A stretch of DNA of 52,743 bases, taken from positions 166,603 through 219,345 of the forward strand of contig CAYYNN010000001.1 in the NCBI GenBank assembly GCA_964473175.1. The letters are read 5' to 3'. The notes under the pieces were generated by a model. The model did not search any database. It was not told the origin of the DNA and saw only the letters and a program-made list of their open reading frames with translations. The translations under genes and the position numbers were made by a program. Numbering within the stretch: position 1 is the first letter of the stretch; every line of letters starts with the position of its first letter. This DNA is from an uncultured Candidatus Saccharibacteria bacterium. Lineage in GTDB: Bacteria > Patescibacteriota > Minisyncoccia > Phycocordibacterales > UBA9973. Below are positions 21,820 through 31,091 of this stretch, one piece after another.

Positions 21820-21916
21820 TTACTTTGTAAACTCTTCTAATAAAATACAGATTGCAATCGTAACTCTTCCGTAGGCTGTAAGGTTGGCAGTGTACTAGAC
21901 GAGCTAAAAATTGTCA

Positions 21917-21946
21917 ATAAAAAAGCCCCACATTGCTGTGAGGCTT
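21917..21946 (-). terminator. Putative terminator of the 93-aa ORF
   Basis: Minus strand reads CCTCACA-GCAA-TGTGGGG (one mismatch) followed by CTTTTTTATT, about 25 nt after the stop at 21968. Confidence 0.5.
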
Positions 21947-21967
21947 CTACTTACTAATCATCAAACG

Positions 21968-22249
21968 TTACATTACTTTCAGAGGAAATTTAAAATCCGA
22001 GATGTTCTCATCAAACATTTTATATGTAGGCTCAAGACTGCTTTGAGGTATGTTATATTGCTCGCCTTTGAGTGGCCATTTGAAATTTGGATCATTTTCA
22101 TCAAAAATCCGATATTTTGGCACCATTGATATTTGCGGAATTGTTGTCAATTCACCTGAAAAATCAACTTCCATTGTTTGCTGATATTCTGGACGATTCT
22201 TATATGAAAGCTTGCGTTTGCGTTTTGTCTTTATTAGTGTACTTTCCAT
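21968..22249 (-). CDS. hypothetical small protein with internal ~20-aa repeat
   Basis: 93-aa ORF with its own promoter and terminator. The internal duplication is PKYRIFDENDPNFKWPLKG versus PTYKMFDENISDFKFPLKV. Confidence 0.5.
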   Translation of the reverse strand: MESTLIKTKRKRKLSYKNRPEYQQTMEVDFSGELTTIPQISMVPKYRIFDENDPNFKWPLKGEQYNIPQSSLEPTYKMFDENISDFKFPLKVM

Positions 22250-22275
22250 AAACTGTCGATTTATTGATTTAATTT

Positions 22276-22304
22276 ATATTAGCACATATAGATATATGTG
22301 TCAA
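22276..22304 (-). promoter_or_regulatory. sigma70-type promoter with palindromic operator in the spacer
   Basis: Minus strand reads TTGACA (complement of 22299-22304), a 17-nt spacer, then TAATAT (complement of 22276-22281). The spacer carries the inverted repeat CACATATA-GA-TATATGTG (22283-22300). Confidence 0.55.
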
Positions 22305-22406
22305 TAGTACTCAAAAACCTTTTTAGTGGTCTTTTGTGAAGGACGATTTAAACATTATCGCATTGCATTTAAAATACCATAATTTATAAAATAGTCAATA
22401 TTTCTC

Positions 22407-23057
22407 TTATTTCCCTTCTTTTTGCTGCGAACGCCATTCGTCGATCTTTTTGTGATCACCTGTTGTTAACACCTTGGGTACACGATGTTTTTTACCTTTA
22501 TACATAAGTATTTCTGGTCGTGTGTACACTCTTGGGCTCGCAATACGAGTTTCTTCTACGGATTCTCCTTTACCGAGTACTCCGGGTATTTGTCGAGAGA
22601 TAGCATCAGTCATCGTAAGTGCGGGTAGTTCCCCACCAGTCACTGTGTAGTTCCCCACGCTATATTCATCGGCTTTGAGTATTTTGCGTACACGATCGTC
22701 GACTCCTTCGTACCTACCGCAGATAAACACAATATCAGTGTATTGTTTGGCAAATTTTACCGCTACGCTGTTATCGAAAAGCTTACCGCTTGGTGAAAGC
22801 TGTATGACTTTTACCTTCCCCCCTTTTTTCATTTTGAGTTTTCCAAACGCATTGAGTATCGGTTCGGCAGTCATGACCATACCAGGCCCTCCACCATAGG
22901 GACGTTCATCGGTTTTGCGGTGTGTATCTTTGCTATATTCGCGGATATTTTTGACCTCAAAAGAAATAAGCTTTTTTTCAGATGCCCGTTTCAATATAGA
23001 CTCGGTGACATACGAGTTGATCATCTCCGGGAAAATAGTGAGAAAATGGAATTTCAT
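22407..23057 (-). CDS. trmD: tRNA (guanine37-N1)-methyltransferase
   Basis: Starts MKFHFLTIFPEM at the ATG at 23057. Shows TrmD sequence throughout (GGGPGMVM, YEGVDDR, SVGNYTVTGGELPA). Confidence 0.93.
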   Translation of the reverse strand: MKFHFLTIFPEMINSYVTESILKRASEKKLISFEVKNIREYSKDTHRKTDERPYGGGPGMVMTAEPILNAFGKLKMKKGGKVKVIQLSPSGKLFDNSVAVKFAKQYTDIVFICGRYEGVDDRVRKILKADEYSVGNYTVTGGELPALTMTDAISRQIPGVLGKGESVEETRIASPRVYTRPEILMYKGKKHRVPKVLTTGDHKKIDEWRSQQKEGK

Positions 23058-23090
23058 GAAATAACAATACAATATTTTGAAGATAAGTCA

Positions 23091-23120
23091 AAATAAAAAA
23101 ACAGAACCTAGGGGTTCTGT
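23091..23120 (-). terminator. Intrinsic terminator after the Cys-rich ORF
   Basis: ACAGAACC-TAGG-GGTTCTGT hairpin. On the minus strand it is followed by TTTTTTTATTT. Confidence 0.55.
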
Positions 23121-23135
23121 TTCCTTGCATACAAA

Positions 23136-23492
23136 TTATTCATTAATCACGTGCGACTCACTACCATTAAATTCTATGACAGCATATCCGTATGTAGAAA
23201 CCCGATGTAGGATTTCAATACGATTATAGTCCAGATAGCGGTCATACGCGGTCCATGTATTGCTGTAACGATACCGCTGCTGCGAAACACAAAGCTGATG
23301 ATTGTCCCATCCGTAATATATACGGTGACAACCTTCATCTTGATTGGTAATTACTATTTTAGTGATACTTGCGCCTGCACACCATGAAGGTTGCGTACTA
23401 CAGAACAAAATCTGATCAAGAAGCGGCTTTTCAATGCACGCCGGCATCGTAATTGTAAAAATAACCATCAATGAAAGATATAGTTTTTTCAT
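23136..23492 (-). CDS. hypothetical secreted cysteine-rich protein
   Basis: 118-aa ORF with a signal-like N-terminus (MKKLYLSLMVIFTITMPAC) and 6 Cys. No family recognised. Confidence 0.5.
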   Translation of the reverse strand: MKKLYLSLMVIFTITMPACIEKPLLDQILFCSTQPSWCAGASITKIVITNQDEGCHRIYYGWDNHQLCVSQQRYRYSNTWTAYDRYLDYNRIEILHRVSTYGYAVIEFNGSESHVINE

Positions 23493-23560
23493 TATTCATT
23501 TTTTTAGTAAAGAAATATTTTATCGAGTATAGATTACCTGTATTTTTATTACTGTCAATT

Positions 23561-23591
23561 AAAAAACCCTTTGTAGAATTAAGGGTTTTTT
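23561..23591. terminator. Bidirectional intrinsic terminator downstream of the KH-domain gene
   Basis: AAAAAA-AACCCTT-(9-nt loop)-AAGGGTT-TTTT. Confidence 0.7.
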
Positions 23592-23601
23592 AATACATTA
23601 T

Positions 23602-23907
23602 TTATAAATCTTTGAGATCTGCCATCGCATCGTCGAGATTTGCGACGTCAGGTTGCTTTTCATAACCTTCTGGTTCATTGATTTTGAGGTTAACACGAGC
23701 GTTATTTTTCATTCCTACTACCCTCAAAAGAGTGCGTATTGCCTTGGCAGTGTTACCGGAACGACCAATAATCTTACCCATGTCGTTTTGGTTAACTGAC
23801 AGCGTCATGAGCACGCCCATTTCGTCTACTGTACGGTCAATATGTACTTCTTCCGGCTTTTCTACTAATGCTTTTACGACAGTTTCGAGGAATTCTTTAT
23901 CATTCAT
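23602..23907 (-). CDS. KH-domain RNA-binding protein (UPF0109/YlqC-like)
   Basis: 101 aa with GKIIGRSGNTAKAIRTLL (GxxG KH loop), located downstream of rpsP as in the conserved rpsP-ylqC-rimM-trmD cluster. Confidence 0.85.
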   Translation of the reverse strand: MNDKEFLETVVKALVEKPEEVHIDRTVDEMGVLMTLSVNQNDMGKIIGRSGNTAKAIRTLLRVVGMKNNARVNLKINEPEGYEKQPDVANLDDAMADLKDL

Positions 23908-24059
23908 GGGTGGTTTTGGAAATCTGGTAATCAGTGGTATCTACTTGCTTAGTATACTAGACGTATCATAAAAATAAAAAGCGTACAATTTTTGAGTGTC
24001 TGGTGAACTGACCCGAGGACCGAAAAAAGTGTACGCTTTTTATTTTTTGTAATGAAATA

Positions 24060-24365
24060 TTATTTCTTCTTCAGTTCCTTTCGTTTTACTGTTGGAGATT
24101 TCTTTGAAAGTACGTTTTTCTTCTTTCCTTCGATAATACCTTGCTTAACAAGCATATTGTGAGCAGAAGGAGAAACTTGCGCACCGTTCTTGATCCAATG
24201 TTTTACCCGATCTCCATCGAATGATACTGAATCACTTTTTACAGTGTGCGTACCGAGAATTTCCAAAAATTTACCACTCTGAGCGGCATTTTTACTATCA
24301 GTAACTACCAAACGAAATGCTGGTGCATTCTTGCGGCCGATACGTTGTAATCTGATCTTTAACAT
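24060..24365 (-). CDS. rpsP: 30S ribosomal protein S16
   Basis: Starts MLKIRLQRIGRKNAPAFRLVV at the ATG at 24365. The upstream extension in the track ORF is non-homologous. Confidence 0.93.
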   Translation of the reverse strand: MLKIRLQRIGRKNAPAFRLVVTDSKNAAQSGKFLEILGTHTVKSDSVSFDGDRVKHWIKNGAQVSPSAHNMLVKQGIIEGKKKNVLSKKSPTVKRKELKKK

Positions 24366-24445
24366 GTAGCGTCGATAGTAGCAGACAACGCTACTATAGT
24401 CAAACAATTCTATACATAACAGTACCCCCATGGTACAGTGAGGCA

Positions 24446-26371
24446 ATGGAAAATCTCAACATTGATGCAGTTTTTGAAGGCACAATCAATATCTCAAGTA
24501 AAAGTGTCGGCTATGTTCGTATTCGCGATCTCGGTATTGCCATAGAGGTTCCTCGCGAATCATTAAATCGCGCATTTCATGGAGATATCGTAAAAGTAGT
24601 TGTTACTGCCCTTCCACCAATGGCAAACCCCGCAGGGAAAGTCGTTGAAATCGTCCGCCGTGCCAAGGTTGGATATTCTGGCACCCTGAACTTTGAGCAT
24701 GGAGCACACTGCATTGTGACCAATGATGGTCGTATGTACACACCTATTACTATTCCAGATACAAAGCTTGCTGGAGCAAAGCAAGGTGACAAAGTGTTCT
24801 GTGCTATTACCGATTGGCCTGACCCGATGAAGTCCCCTACTGGTGAAGTGATGAAAGTCCTTGGAAAGCCTTTGGAAAACAATGCGGAAATGCTTTCTCT
24901 TGCATTAGAAAAAGGATTTGATACCGATTACCCACCAGCGGTTGATGCTGAAGCTCTCGCGATCAAAGAACACGGTATTTCAGAAGATGAAAAGAACGGT
25001 CGTCGAGACTTCCGCCAGATTGCGACATTCACTATTGACCCCGAAGATGCCAAGGATTTTGATGATGCGATTTCTTTGCAGTTTCTTGACGAAGGGAAAA
25101 TAGAAGTTGGTATCCACATTGCCGATGTATCGCATTATGTTCGTCCGGACAGCGCACTTGATACTGAAGCATACCGACGCGCAACAAGTGTGTATCTTGT
25201 TGACCGAACAATACCCATGCTCCCCGAAGCATTATCCAACGATTTGTGTTCACTGAACCCAAATGTAGACCGCCTCACCATGTCTGCAGTATTTACTATT
25301 GATGCAGGTATGAATGTTGTCGATGAATGGTACGGCAAAACGGTTATTCATTCAGCACAACGATTCTCCTATGAAAGTGCTCAAAAAGTACTTGATACAA
25401 AAGATGGCCCCTACCTACAAGAACTTGAAGCGGCCCTTGCTATCGCAATACACTTAGAGAAAAAGCGTTTTGAAGATGGAGCCATGATGCTCGATACTCA
25501 AGAAGTGAAGTTCAAACTTGATGCAAATGGCGTACCGCTGTCTGCATACGTCAAAGAACGAGGGTCGACACATCATATGATCGAAGAACTCATGTTGCTG
25601 GCAAATAGAAAGGTGGCGGAGTTTATAACAAAAGGTGACACAGACAACTCACGTATTTTTGTGTATCGTATTCACGATGCTCCAGACCCTGAGCGCATGG
25701 AAGACCTCAAGCTCTTTTTGAAACGAATGGGACATGTGTTACCGGTCAATGATGATGGTATCATTCCTGCCCGTGCACTCAACGAGCTTGTACGCTCTCT
25801 GGAAGGAAAGCCTGAGAAAGAAACAATACAAACAGCTATTGTTCGATCAATGGCAAAAGCTATTTATAGTACCAAAAATATCGGTCACTATGGACTTGCC
25901 TTTGAATTCTATACTCATTTCACCTCACCTATTCGACGGTATCCTGACACTATTGTCCATAGGCTACTGACAGAATATTTAAACCACGGACATATTCCGA
26001 AAGAACTATGGGAATACTACGATCGTGCCTGTCTTCACTCATCTATTCGTGAAAAAGAGGCGGCTGACGCAGAACGCGCATCGATCAAGTACAAACAAGT
26101 CGAATACATGTCGACTCGTGTTGGACAACTCTTTGACGGTACCGTTACCGGAGTATCTCAAAACGGTCTTTTTGTTGAAGAAAAACAAACCAAATGTGAA
26201 GGTATGGTGCGACTTCGAGATATTGGGAATGATTATTTTGAATACAATGATAAAGAACTCGCTATTATCGGAAGAAAGAGTCGTAAAACATTTCGTATTG
26301 GAGATTCACTCCGGTTCAAAGTTACCAATGCTGATATAGTAAAACGAATGCTCGATTACGCATTAGTATAG
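24446..26371 (+). CDS. rnr: ribonuclease R (RNB family 3'-5' exoribonuclease)
   Basis: 641 aa with an RNB domain (TIDPEDAKDFDDAISL, HIADVSHYV, YRIHDAPD, HYGLAFEFYTHFTSPIRRYPD) and a C-terminal S1-like domain. Confidence 0.92.
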   Translation: MENLNIDAVFEGTINISSKSVGYVRIRDLGIAIEVPRESLNRAFHGDIVKVVVTALPPMANPAGKVVEIVRRAKVGYSGTLNFEHGAHCIVTNDGRMYTPITIPDTKLAGAKQGDKVFCAITDWPDPMKSPTGEVMKVLGKPLENNAEMLSLALEKGFDTDYPPAVDAEALAIKEHGISEDEKNGRRDFRQIATFTIDPEDAKDFDDAISLQFLDEGKIEVGIHIADVSHYVRPDSALDTEAYRRATSVYLVDRTIPMLPEALSNDLCSLNPNVDRLTMSAVFTIDAGMNVVDEWYGKTVIHSAQRFSYESAQKVLDTKDGPYLQELEAALAIAIHLEKKRFEDGAMMLDTQEVKFKLDANGVPLSAYVKERGSTHHMIEELMLLANRKVAEFITKGDTDNSRIFVYRIHDAPDPERMEDLKLFLKRMGHVLPVNDDGIIPARALNELVRSLEGKPEKETIQTAIVRSMAKAIYSTKNIGHYGLAFEFYTHFTSPIRRYPDTIVHRLLTEYLNHGHIPKELWEYYDRACLHSSIREKEAADAERASIKYKQVEYMSTRVGQLFDGTVTGVSQNGLFVEEKQTKCEGMVRLRDIGNDYFEYNDKELAIIGRKSRKTFRIGDSLRFKVTNADIVKRMLDYALV

Positions 26372-26375
26372 TTCT

Positions 26376-27374
26376 ATGCGAAGTATATTTTTTATTATTA
26401 GCAGCATACTCATTGTTGGAAGTATTCTTTTTACCGGAGTACTCTGGGCAGAAGCCCCGACTGATATATATGTCACTTCAAAATCTACTCCAACGAACAT
26501 CACGATCGGATGGGTTGGTGACATGGTGCCCAGTATTGATGAGCAGTACAATGAAAATGTTTTTTTCACTGTTAGTACTGAGTTACAGAAGCCTGACCTC
26601 ATGATCGGTAACTTAGAGGGAACATTTGCTAACCCAACTCGCCTCGACAAATGTCGGTTTATCCTTACTCTGTGTCATGCATTTCGCGGAGACATATCGT
26701 TTGCATATGCCATCAAAAGCGCCGGTTTTGACCTGGTATCTCTCGTAAACAACCATTCATATGACTATATGAAAGAAGGGTTGGAAGATACCGAAACAGT
26801 TCTCACTGAAGCAGGTATCGCATACATATCTCCTACCAAGCCCTCGACGAGTATCGTTATCAAAGATACCAAGATAGGCATCCTAGCGTTATCAAGTACC
26901 GAACCGTCAAAAACGATTACTGATTATACTTTTATACAAAAAGAAGTTGTATTACTCAAAGAAACAAACGATTTTGTGATCGTTATTTTCCATGGTGGTG
27001 CTGAAGGTGCCGACAAAACAATAGTTCCGGGTGTAACTGAATATATGGGTACTGAAGACCGTGGCAATGTTGAACTGATGGCACATACTGCGGTGGATGC
27101 CGGTGCAGATCTCGTACTCGGTTCTGGCCCCCATGTGTTGCGCAAAATAGAAACATATAGCAATACTCCTATTGCTTACTCCCTGGGTAATTTTGTCGGT
27201 GCAAATCGTAAACTCACCACTACGGGCATCCTCGGAACATCAGGTATTTTTACTGCAACCTTGCAAAAAGATACTCCAACGACCTATGATTTCACTTCTG
27301 TACGCCTTTCTCCTGAAGGTGTCCCCGCTATTGACCCCTTCCAGCAAGGGAAATATTTGATTGATAGTTTGTAA
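26376..27374 (+). CDS. CapA/PGA_cap family metallophosphatase-like protein
   Basis: 332 aa with an N-terminal anchor and the motifs GWVGDMV, NLEGTF, VNNHSYDY, VIVIFHGGAEG and GSGPHVLR. Confidence 0.8.
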   Translation: MRSIFFIISSILIVGSILFTGVLWAEAPTDIYVTSKSTPTNITIGWVGDMVPSIDEQYNENVFFTVSTELQKPDLMIGNLEGTFANPTRLDKCRFILTLCHAFRGDISFAYAIKSAGFDLVSLVNNHSYDYMKEGLEDTETVLTEAGIAYISPTKPSTSIVIKDTKIGILALSSTEPSKTITDYTFIQKEVVLLKETNDFVIVIFHGGAEGADKTIVPGVTEYMGTEDRGNVELMAHTAVDAGADLVLGSGPHVLRKIETYSNTPIAYSLGNFVGANRKLTTTGILGTSGIFTATLQKDTPTTYDFTSVRLSPEGVPAIDPFQQGKYLIDSL

Positions 27375-27428
27375 TAATCTGATATTGCCCACAAGACCCT
27401 GTCGTGCTATCATAGAAACGTTTCACCT

Positions 27429-27644
27429 ATGGCACATACTCTGCATCTCATCCAGATTATCTCAAGTTTATTTCTTATAGCACTCGTACTCCTTCAACGG
27501 ACACAGGGTGATATGGGAAGTTCACTCGGAGATAACGCGTCAATATTCCAAACTCGTCGGGGAGCCGAACGCTTTTTGTTCTTGCTCACTGTCGCTATGG
27601 CGGTAATATTCATTGGATCTAGTCTCGCAGTTATCATTCTCTAG
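27429..27644 (+). CDS. secG: preprotein translocase subunit SecG
   Basis: 71 aa with two TM helices flanking a Gly/Ser-rich loop (LLQRTQGDMGSSLG), as in SecG. Confidence 0.72.
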   Translation: MAHTLHLIQIISSLFLIALVLLQRTQGDMGSSLGDNASIFQTRRGAERFLFLLTVAMAVIFIGSSLAVIIL

Positions 27645-27678
27645 TCTTTAGAGTAGTCCTACTGGTGGTACGTCATGT

Positions 27679-29199
27679 ATGGCGACATCATTTTTTTCAT
27701 TCTTCAAACAACATAAGCTCCCCTCTCGTGCAACGCTGAAAAAGTTTCTTGCGCGCCCTCTATCGTGGTATGGAGTCATACTCTATGCACTTATTTTTTC
27801 TATACTGATTGCTACATATCTACTGATTTTAAGCATCAATAGTTTGTTCCTTGTTACAATACCCGCAAAAGGAGGAACGATTGTCGAGGGAGTCATTGGT
27901 GCGCCACACGTGATCAACCCAGTACTTGCAACAACTGAAACCGACAAAGATCTTGTTCGTCTTATTTTTAGTGGTCTATTAAAACCAGCACCTGATGGCA
28001 CCTACGTTCCTGATCTCGCCAAATCTTATACCGTTTCGCCGGATGGATTGGTGTACACCTTTACCCTTAGAGAAAACCTCAAATGGAGTGATGGCAAACC
28101 TATCACCTCAAGTGATATCGGATTTACTATGTCTAAACTAGTAGACTCTTCGCTTTCTTCTCATCCGTTTTGGCAAAGCCTCACGGTATCTCTTCCTGAT
28201 GCAAATACCGTAGTGTATACACTCACCGAACCGAGACAAGACATGCTCGAACATGCAGCTATAGGTATTCTTCCGCAACATATTTGGGGAGATATGGATA
28301 ATGAAACCTTTGCCAACACATCCAGAAACTTACGTCCCGTTGGAAGTGGTCCATACAAATATTCATCTATGCACGATACCAACAGCGTGGTGACAGAAAT
28401 AACATTAAAGAAAAATTCACACGCTGTTTCATCTTCATATATCGATACCTATGTTCTCCGTTTCTTTGCCAACCAAACTGATTTATTGTCTGCAATACAT
28501 AAAGGGACAATTGACCTCACCCTTGCGGCGGATAGTACAACTGCCGCCCAAGTTACTGCAAAAAACTTCATTCTAGATAAAATAGAAACACCGGAAACCA
28601 TTGCCGTGTTTCAGTTACGCAATGTACTATTTTTTAGCGGATCATTTGAGCACATCGTCGATCAAGCAATTGACAAAAATGTTATTCTTGATACAGTACA
28701 AAACGGTTATGGAATACTCCCCAGTGTTTCATTGAGTGCTCCGTCTCATGACGACACTATCTCAAAGCTCGAAGCATTAGGATATGTGTACTCAAATGAA
28801 GTCTTACGCAAGAATGGCACTGCGGTGAGCTTCCCTGTAGCAGTTGAGAACAACCCTATCCTATTGCAAGCAGCTCGCGAGTTAAGCGATCAACTTGCGA
28901 CTATTGGTATCACTATGACCATCAAGGCATTTGATCCAGGAATGTTCAAAGATATTGTACGATCAAACCAATACCAATTTTTTATGGGAAATACTCGCAC
29001 TATCCCCGATGGCTATGCACCTCTTTTCACACTCTATGCGCAAGCTATTCCTTTTATACATAAAAAATCAGCACACATTTCAATACCAGAGTATCTCGAT
29101 TCCCCGGACTTCAGATATCTCCAGTTAGACGATTGGCATATTCGAACAAATAAGGTATGGAGACCTTTCGCAAAAAAATATAACAGCAATAACAATTAA
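27679..29199 (+). CDS. ABC transporter substrate-binding protein, family 5 (peptide/nickel type), orphan
   Basis: 506 aa with an N-terminal TM anchor and family 5 SBP-like blocks (LAKSYTVSPDGLVYTFTLRENLKWSDGKPITSSD). No permease or ATPase genes are adjacent. Confidence 0.72.
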   Translation: MATSFFSFFKQHKLPSRATLKKFLARPLSWYGVILYALIFSILIATYLLILSINSLFLVTIPAKGGTIVEGVIGAPHVINPVLATTETDKDLVRLIFSGLLKPAPDGTYVPDLAKSYTVSPDGLVYTFTLRENLKWSDGKPITSSDIGFTMSKLVDSSLSSHPFWQSLTVSLPDANTVVYTLTEPRQDMLEHAAIGILPQHIWGDMDNETFANTSRNLRPVGSGPYKYSSMHDTNSVVTEITLKKNSHAVSSSYIDTYVLRFFANQTDLLSAIHKGTIDLTLAADSTTAAQVTAKNFILDKIETPETIAVFQLRNVLFFSGSFEHIVDQAIDKNVILDTVQNGYGILPSVSLSAPSHDDTISKLEALGYVYSNEVLRKNGTAVSFPVAVENNPILLQAARELSDQLATIGITMTIKAFDPGMFKDIVRSNQYQFFMGNTRTIPDGYAPLFTLYAQAIPFIHKKSAHISIPEYLDSPDFRYLQLDDWHIRTNKVWRPFAKKYNSNNN

Positions 29200-29201
29200 T
29201 T

Positions 29202-31091
29202 ATGGAAAACAACACACCAACACACCAATCACATACTTCCTCTAGCCCACAAGCTCCTGGACCGAAAAAAGTTTTTACAAAAAAACGATCTTTTGGCAAT
29301 CGCCGTCAATTTGACCGAGGCCGAAAGCCCACACATCCCGGCATGGCAAATACTGATCTTATGAGTATTCCAACCGAACTTAAAACTGCACACATTCCTA
29401 ACCCTGAACCAGGTACCATTCGTATCATCCCTCTTGGTGGTGTCGAAGAAATAGGAAAGAACATGACTGTAGTCGAAATAGGAGACGATATTATTGTTAT
29501 CGATGCAGGTATGCACTTCTCTTCAGGAGAAACACCTGGTATAGATTATATTATTCCAAACACACGATACCTTGAGGAACGCAAAGACAAAATACGGGCA
29601 CTGATCATCACCCATGGACACTTAGACCACATTGGAGGGGTTCCACTCGTACTGTCGCGTATTGGTAATCCACCGGTCTACTCTCGAAATCTATCTGTAT
29701 TAATGCTTAAAAAGCGCCAAGCTGAATTCCCTAACTTACCTCCATTAAATGCCATCGTTGTTGAACATGACCAACCAGTCATGTTAGGTAATATGAAAAT
29801 TAAATTTTGGGGTGTAACACATACTATCCCTGATTCAATGGGTATCATTATAGAAACACCGTATGGTAACATCGTCACTCCAGGCGATTACAAACTTGAT
29901 CAAATCGACGGTATCGTTACTGAACGAGAAGAAGCTGAGTACAAAATTTTTGATAATTCAAAGACACTACTCCTCCTAACAGATTCTACTAACATCGAGA
30001 ACGAAGGATTTGCTATGCCGGAAATTAAAGTTCACCAAGGAATCGAAAGTATTCTCCGTCGAGAAAAGAATAGTCGAATCTTTATGGCAGCTTTTGCCTC
30101 TCATATAACTCGACTCATTCGAATAATCGAAATCGCCGAAGAAATGGGTAAAAAAATAGTACTCGAAGGTAGATCTATGAAATCAAATATTGAAATCATA
30201 CTCGAAGCAGGATTACTCAAAGTGCAGAAAGGTTCAATTATTTCTGTTGACGACATCGACAAATATCCACCTGATAAAATTTTAGTTCTTATCACTGGAG
30301 CTCAAGGTGAAGAATTTGGTGGACTCAACCGACTTGCGCAAAAAACCAATAAAAAATTGACGCTCAAGAAAGGTGATCGAGTTATCCTCTCAGCTTCAGT
30401 CATTCCAGGAAACGAACGAGCAGTGGAGAAAATGAAGGATGGCATGTCACGCCAAGGTGTCAAACTTATTAGTTACCGTACCCCTGGAGAAGAGATTGTT
30501 CATGCAACTGGACACGGGAACAAAGACGACGTTCGATGGTTGCATAAAAAAATCAATGAAAAATTCTTTATTCCAATCCATGGAAATCATTTTCGACTAG
30601 AACTTCACAAGGAGCTCGCAATGGAGCTCGGTATCCCAGAAAACCACATTGTGGTGCCTGACAACGGAAGCATTATTGAAATTACTGATGGTGGAACTAA
30701 AATAGGCGTTCGTAAAGAAAAAGCCCCAGCAAGTCCTATGATGGTTGACGGTTTCTCTGTTGGTGATGAGCAAAATGTTGTTATTAGAGATCGCCAAATG
30801 CTCGCAGAAGATGGTATGTTCGTCGTTATGGTAGTCATCGACGGTAACACTGGTATGTTACGCAAATCTCCTGATATCATTTCTCGCGGTTTTGTCTATC
30901 TCAAAGAAAACCAAGAACTTCTTCGACAAACTCGTATTCTTACAAAACGCACAGTGGAAACATTCTCAAAGAACATTGACCCGAATAACATTGACCAACT
31001 AAAAAATACTGTTGCTGATACAGTGAGTAAATACCTTTTACAGAAGACTGCAAAGCGTCCGTTAGTCATCCCTGTTATACTAGTCTTGTAA
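29202..31091 (+). CDS. rnj: ribonuclease J
   Basis: 629 aa with metallo-beta-lactamase/beta-CASP motifs (ITHGHLDHIGG, ...HATGHG) and an RNase J-type layout. Confidence 0.92.
   Translation: MENNTPTHQSHTSSSPQAPGPKKVFTKKRSFGNRRQFDRGRKPTHPGMANTDLMSIPTELKTAHIPNPEPGTIRIIPLGGVEEIGKNMTVVEIGDDIIVIDAGMHFSSGETPGIDYIIPNTRYLEERKDKIRALIITHGHLDHIGGVPLVLSRIGNPPVYSRNLSVLMLKKRQAEFPNLPPLNAIVVEHDQPVMLGNMKIKFWGVTHTIPDSMGIIIETPYGNIVTPGDYKLDQIDGIVTEREEAEYKIFDNSKTLLLLTDSTNIENEGFAMPEIKVHQGIESILRREKNSRIFMAAFASHITRLIRIIEIAEEMGKKIVLEGRSMKSNIEIILEAGLLKVQKGSIISVDDIDKYPPDKILVLITGAQGEEFGGLNRLAQKTNKKLTLKKGDRVILSASVIPGNERAVEKMKDGMSRQGVKLISYRTPGEEIVHATGHGNKDDVRWLHKKINEKFFIPIHGNHFRLELHKELAMELGIPENHIVVPDNGSIIEITDGGTKIGVRKEKAPASPMMVDGFSVGDEQNVVIRDRQMLAEDGMFVVMVVIDGNTGMLRKSPDIISRGFVYLKENQELLRQTRILTKRTVETFSKNIDPNNIDQLKNTVADTVSKYLLQKTAKRPLVIPVILVL

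Noticed and set aside
24366-24446. The N-terminal extension of the rpsP ORF (MPHCTMGVLLCIELFDYSSVVCYYRRY) would overlap the rnr start.
   Set aside because: S16 homology begins at MLKIRLQRIGRK (ATG 24365). The extension is Cys-rich nonsense and would abolish the divergent promoter region.
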